In this document: positions 38,193-42,048 of the stretch, piece after piece | How the letters are laid out: the number at the start of each line of letters is the position of its first letter | Position numbering within the stretch: position 1 is the first letter of the stretch | Origin: Candidatus Zixiibacteriota bacterium | GTDB taxonomy: Bacteria; Zixibacteria; MSB-5A5; UM-FILTER-46-8 | DNA length: 42,048 nt | Direction: 5' to 3' | Assembly (NCBI GenBank): GCA_014730345.1 | Contig: WJIJ01000064.1 | Coordinates: 1-42,048 of the forward strand | Program-made: the position numbers and the translations under genes | Notes under the pieces: generated by a model | The model's input: the letters and a program-made list of their open reading frames with translations, nothing else | Database searches by the model: none | What the model was told of the DNA's origin: nothing

Positions 38193-39160
38193 TGATGAAT
38201 AGATTTGTATTCAACTTATTATCCTTACTCGTAGCGGGTTTGACAGCTTCAGTTCCGGCTTATGGTTACGAAATAATGAATATCGATCTGGCTCGTATCG
38301 AGAACATGACCGTAGCCAGTATCTATGCCGACGGCGATGTGGATTTCGAACACAGGATTACCACCGACGGGCAGGTGAAGGTTATTGTCGATTTTAACAA
38401 TGCTAAACACGCCCTCCCGCAAAAGGATTTCTACGCGTTGCCGTCGAAAACCATTAAATCAATACGCACCAGCCAGTTTTCGCTGGACCCGCTTATAACC
38501 CGGGTCGTCTTTGATATCGGCAAACCGATTACCTATACCATAAAGGACGGCGGAGACAAGCTTATAATTAATTTCCCGACCCCTAATGACCCCGACTTTC
38601 CGGCATGGGCGGCTATCGCCCCTTCGATTGACTCCGCGGAAGATTCCGCCGATCAACCGGAAGATACCGTAAAGAAGGTAGTCCGCAAATCCGGTGAACC
38701 GGCAAAAACTGTCGAAAAAGCTGAAAAGAAAGTTGTCCGCAAGCTTCCACAGCAGAAAGCCGGAAACACCAGGCCAAAACCCAATCAACAGCCCATACAA
38801 AGGGGCGAGGTAATTAAAACTAAATATAAACGCACTCGTGTCGTTTATAATAGTAAGGGGACCAGGGATCCGTTTTCGCCCCTCGCCGTAGCCGGCGAAG
38901 GTTCAAGGGCGTTCGGGGAAGTGCCGGTCCCGGCCGTTGAGGATTTGAAACTGGTAGGAGTGCTGGTCGAGGAAAATGGAGATAATGTCGCCCTGCTGGA
39001 AGACGCCGGCGGCAACGGATTCATGCTGAAATCCGGCGACAAGATAAAAAATGGATGGCTATCAAGAGTTACTAATGATGTGGCATATTTCCAGGTGTCG
39101 GAGTTCGGATGGACCCGTACCGTGAGTTTGAAACTTCAAGAGCCCAAAAGCGAAGAATGA
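38192..39160 (+). CDS. pilP: PilP-like pilot lipoprotein with an N-terminal AMIN-like domain and a low-complexity linker (AMIN-PilP fusion)
   Basis: The C-terminal domain carries RDPFSP, then LKLVGVL...ALLEDAGGNGFMLKSGDKI (PilP fold). The N-terminal ~110 aa resembles AMIN domains (VKVIVDF...RVVFDIGKPITY). A Lys/Pro/Glu-rich linker lies between them. Confidence 0.6.
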   Translation: MMNRFVFNLLSLLVAGLTASVPAYGYEIMNIDLARIENMTVASIYADGDVDFEHRITTDGQVKVIVDFNNAKHALPQKDFYALPSKTIKSIRTSQFSLDPLITRVVFDIGKPITYTIKDGGDKLIINFPTPNDPDFPAWAAIAPSIDSAEDSADQPEDTVKKVVRKSGEPAKTVEKAEKKVVRKLPQQKAGNTRPKPNQQPIQRGEVIKTKYKRTRVVYNSKGTRDPFSPLAVAGEGSRAFGEVPVPAVEDLKLVGVLVEENGDNVALLEDAGGNGFMLKSGDKIKNGWLSRVTNDVAYFQVSEFGWTRTVSLKLQEPKSEE

Positions 39161-39170
39161 GGTGATATAG

Positions 39171-40523
39171 ATGGGGAAATTGAAAATTAAAAAATACGGC
39201 GGCGTTCCCCTGTTTTTGGCAATCCTCGCCCTGATAATGACTGTTTCTGTCAGCGGCCAGGAAAAAACCGAACAGCCGGGGAACGACAGAATGATGAAAT
39301 CGCTTTCTTTATCCAACGCGGATATTCAGGCGGTTCTAACTTATCTCGGCGAGTTTGGGGGCACTAATATCGTTGCCGCTCCATCAGTTCAGGGAAATAT
39401 ATCCCTGAAACTCCGTGATGTAACCTGGCGCAAAGCCCTCGATATTATCATGGAAACCTACGGCTTCACCGCCGTGGAAGGACCCGAATATATCACCGTC
39501 ATGCCCACCGATGAATACCAGGAAAAACTGGCAAAACAGGATAAATTCCTCTATGACCGCCGCTTGAGGAAGGATGTCCACACCAAAATCGTTCGCATTA
39601 GGTACGCCAGCGCTGCAATGCTTGAAGTTCCTATTAAAACCGTCCTCTCCGAAAGGGGAAATATCGATACCGATAAGAGAACTAACAGCTTAATTATACG
39701 TGATATCCCGGAATATATCGCCCGCGCCGAATCTTTGATTACATCCCTCGACACCGAAACAAGGCAGATAAAGATTTCCGCGCAACTGCTTGAAGTGGAA
39801 ACGAGATACTTCCACGAGGTCGGGTTTGACTGGTCTGTTGTCAGCCGCACTAAAATCGATAAACCCGACTACGAAGTCGATCCCGATGAAGATATTATTA
39901 CCCCGGAATACGGTGTTTCTCAGAATACATCCGGCAGTGTCATCGAAAAAGCCACCAGTTTCCAGTTCAGCAAAATTGTTGATGATGATTTCAATGTCGA
40001 TGTGCTGGTCGACGCCATCGTCAGCTCCAACAAGGGACGGATACTGGGGCATCCGGAAATTATCACCGTCGACAACCTCGAAGCGAAAATTCAGATGGGA
40101 CAGAAGATTCCTATCAAGCAGTTCGACGAAGCAGGAAATGTTACCACCAAGTTTTATGATGTCGGTATACAGTTGCGGGTTGTACCCCACATAACCGCCG
40201 AAGACCGTATCCTCATGGAACTTCACCCGGAGCGTTCCGATTATTCGTTCGACGCCAATGGTATCGTTATCAATACCCAGAACGCCAATACCAACGTAGT
40301 CGTGGATAACGGACAGACTGTGGTTATCGGCGGTTTGACCTCGCAGGAGGACCGCGATATACAGACCGGTATACCGATCCTGAAGGATATTCCCCTGCTC
40401 GGTTACCTGTTCCGTTATACCAAGAAGGAAACCAAGAGCCGCGACCTGGTGATTTTCGTAACTCCCCAGATCGTTTCCAAGGAAATGGCTTTGGAAAGCA
40501 AGTACGATACAGGTCAGCCCTAA
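39171..40523 (+). CDS. pilQ: Type IV pilus secretin PilQ
   Basis: N-terminal N0/secretin_N modules and C-terminal secretin domain (VVIGGL...IPILKDIPLLGYLFRYT...LVIFVTPQIV). Confidence 0.85.
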   Translation: MGKLKIKKYGGVPLFLAILALIMTVSVSGQEKTEQPGNDRMMKSLSLSNADIQAVLTYLGEFGGTNIVAAPSVQGNISLKLRDVTWRKALDIIMETYGFTAVEGPEYITVMPTDEYQEKLAKQDKFLYDRRLRKDVHTKIVRIRYASAAMLEVPIKTVLSERGNIDTDKRTNSLIIRDIPEYIARAESLITSLDTETRQIKISAQLLEVETRYFHEVGFDWSVVSRTKIDKPDYEVDPDEDIITPEYGVSQNTSGSVIEKATSFQFSKIVDDDFNVDVLVDAIVSSNKGRILGHPEIITVDNLEAKIQMGQKIPIKQFDEAGNVTTKFYDVGIQLRVVPHITAEDRILMELHPERSDYSFDANGIVINTQNANTNVVVDNGQTVVIGGLTSQEDRDIQTGIPILKDIPLLGYLFRYTKKETKSRDLVIFVTPQIVSKEMALESKYDTGQP

Positions 40524-40548
40524 AATTTCTCATAGCCCCCCTTTTGTA

Positions 40549-40584
40549 CCCGGACTGGAGTCAATCTGGTTCGGGTTTTTTATT
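40549..40584 (+). terminator. Rho-independent terminator after pilQ
   Basis: CCCGGA-(15 nt)-TTCGGG hairpin followed by TTTTTTATT. Confidence 0.4.
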
Positions 40585-40767
40585 CCAGGTTCTGAGCAGT
40601 AATCACTGTATCTGCTTGTAATACCGTGGGTTATGAAATCCGAGTTGGCGCGCCCGCAGAGGAGACAGCCGGGTGCTTGAATTATTTCCGTTCAGGAACA
40701 ATTTAAAACCCTCAACAAGTTTTACAATTACAAAGTAATTTAACCGGAATTTAAACGAGGTTTTATT

Positions 40768-41376
40768 ATGTTCAAAAAGTATATTTCGTTTATATTAACA
40801 GCGGCAATGCTCATCGCCGTTTCAAGCTACTTCTGGCCGACACACGCCGACAAGCAGGAAAACAATAATAATATGATGATAGAAAGGAACGATTCGAATA
40901 TGGAAAAAGCTACTTTTGGAGCCGGATGCTTCTGGGGCGTTGAAGCCGCTTTCAGGCAACTGAAAGGCATTGAAAATACCCAGGTTGGATACATGGGCGG
41001 CACGGTTGAAAATCCATCCTACCAGGAAGTATGCACCGATAAAACCGGCCATGCCGAGGTGGTGGAAGTAACCTATGACCCCGAAAAAGTGGATTACCGG
41101 GCACTACTCAATGTTTTCTGGGAATGCCATGATCCCACCCAGGTCAACCGACAGGGTCCCGATATCGGCGAGCAGTACAGGAGCGCGATATTTTACCATA
41201 ATGATAAACAGCGGGAATTAGCCGAGAAATCGAAGCAGATGCTCGAAGAAAAGGGCAAATTCTCCAGGCCTGTAGCCACCGTCATAACCGAAGCGCAAAC
41301 ATTTTACCGCGCCGAGGAATACCATCAGCAATATCTCGAGAAAAAAGGGCTTTCCACATGCGGTTTTAAGCCATGA
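40768..41376 (+). CDS. msrA: Peptide methionine-S-sulfoxide reductase MsrA with an N-terminal signal/anchor (periplasm-facing)
   Basis: GAGCFWG active-site motif, then ...GYMGG......Y..VC....GH.E.V.V.YDP... ~30-aa hydrophobic N-terminus. Confidence 0.9.
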   Translation: MFKKYISFILTAAMLIAVSSYFWPTHADKQENNNNMMIERNDSNMEKATFGAGCFWGVEAAFRQLKGIENTQVGYMGGTVENPSYQEVCTDKTGHAEVVEVTYDPEKVDYRALLNVFWECHDPTQVNRQGPDIGEQYRSAIFYHNDKQRELAEKSKQMLEEKGKFSRPVATVITEAQTFYRAEEYHQQYLEKKGLSTCGFKP

Positions 41377-41399
41377 TTTGAAAAACAACTATCTTAACT

Positions 41400-41760
41400 A
41401 TATGACCTTGTAATGCGGCGTCATGCTCCTTCGCGTGACGCTTTCAATGGATTCCCGTTCTCGATAGCCTCTGGCTATTTCACGGGAATGACATTTGGAT
41501 TTCCGGCAGGTCCGCTTGTCCGCCGCGGCGGACTGTGGCGGGGGGAGACCTGCCGGGAACAGCCCGTAGGTTGGGTTTTGGATTCTTGACTATTTGATAA
41601 ACATGCTTATTTTCCCTCGATAAATCGAGGTAAACTAAACATGCCACCCTTCCGTTCCTGTGTGCCCGGCAGATGTCCTCATCTGCCGGGCACACGGCAA
41701 CCTTAATGTGTTGTCGAGTCTCCGCGCCCGTCAAGTGGATTCCCGTTTGTGGACTGCTGA
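41400..41760. repeat. Cluster of strong palindromic stem-loops and a 12-bp direct repeat between msrA and the next gene
   Basis: Perfect inverted repeats at 41418..41441, 41451..41489, 41503..41556 (10-bp stem enclosing the 16-nt palindrome GTCCGCCGCGGCGGAC), 41615..41630 and 41660..41695 (16-bp perfect stem, 4-nt loop). TGGATTCCCGTT is repeated at 41448 and 41736. Confidence 0.4.
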
Positions 41761-41851
41761 AAAACACCTATACGCAACATTCCCCTTTCTATCACGTAAC
41801 TCTTATTAGAACTATTTTCAACTAAACCCTGTTTCGCTGTGGAGGCGCGCA

Positions 41852-42048
41852 ATGGATACACCAAACGAAAACAACCAGACCCGGCAATCCGCTGTCGTAC
41901 CGCAGAAAGTACGTGATGAGCGGATGTGGGCTATGCTATGCCATATCTCTACTTTCGCCGGATTCGTGGTCCCCTTCGGCAATATAATCGGCCCGCTGGT
42001 TATCTGGATGATTAAAAAGGATGAATTCCCGCTTGTTGCCGACCAGGG
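41852..42048 (+). CDS. DUF4870-like small membrane protein, 5' portion (runs off the window end)
   Basis: MWAMLCHISTFAGFVVPFGNIIGPLVIWMIKKDEFP matches the conserved DUF4870 core. No stop before the window end. Confidence 0.55.
   Translation, partial: MDTPNENNQTRQSAVVPQKVRDERMWAMLCHISTFAGFVVPFGNIIGPLVIWMIKKDEFPLVADQ

Noticed and set aside
41480-41767. 95-aa minus-strand ORF between msrA and the DUF4870 gene
   Set aside because: It lies entirely within the palindrome cluster. Its translation is Arg/Pro/Gly-rich and lacks any domain, so it is more likely a non-coding structured region.

Overview
This 42 kb window looks like a chromosomal segment from a Gram-negative bacterium, probably of the FCB/Bacteroidota-related radiation (T9SS C-terminal sorting domain, LolA-like + MacB-type ABC exporter, GT39, type IV pilus pilMNOPQ, ~48-50% GC). 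I inferred all annotation by eye from the translated ORFs; I ran no searches. Recognised housekeeping content: the rpmH-rnpA-yidD-yidC cluster (rpmH is absent from the ORF track and was found by manual translation), glmS followed by tRNA-Phe(GAA), plsY, a PEP-utilising enzyme, msrA, and a pilM-pilN-pilO-pilP-pilQ operon. Unusual content: (i) a two-component locus in which a REC receiver domain is fused to a DASS/SLC13-type anion permease, beside a paralogous stand-alone REC, a CBS protein and a sensor histidine kinase that carries both a frameshift and an in-frame TAA (pseudogene); (ii) a 1414-aa multi-PAS/GAF membrane sensor whose kinase core has lost the phospho-acceptor His and the G1/G2 ATP-binding boxes (pseudo-kinase); (iii) a sigma70-promoted bicistron of an unknown 98-aa protein and a NADAR (YbiA-like) domain protein; (iv) an SPFH/band-7 protein with a triplicated N-terminal repeat and no TM anchor; (v) a 570-bp GC-rich ORF-free region with a tRNA-like T-loop hairpin (candidate structured ncRNA) next to an unrecognisable 288-aa protein and a further 830-bp ORF-free AT-rich region; (vi) an AMIN-PilP fusion; (vii) a cluster of long perfect palindromes downstream of msrA. 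Most remaining short ORFs in the track are antisense shadows of the real genes.
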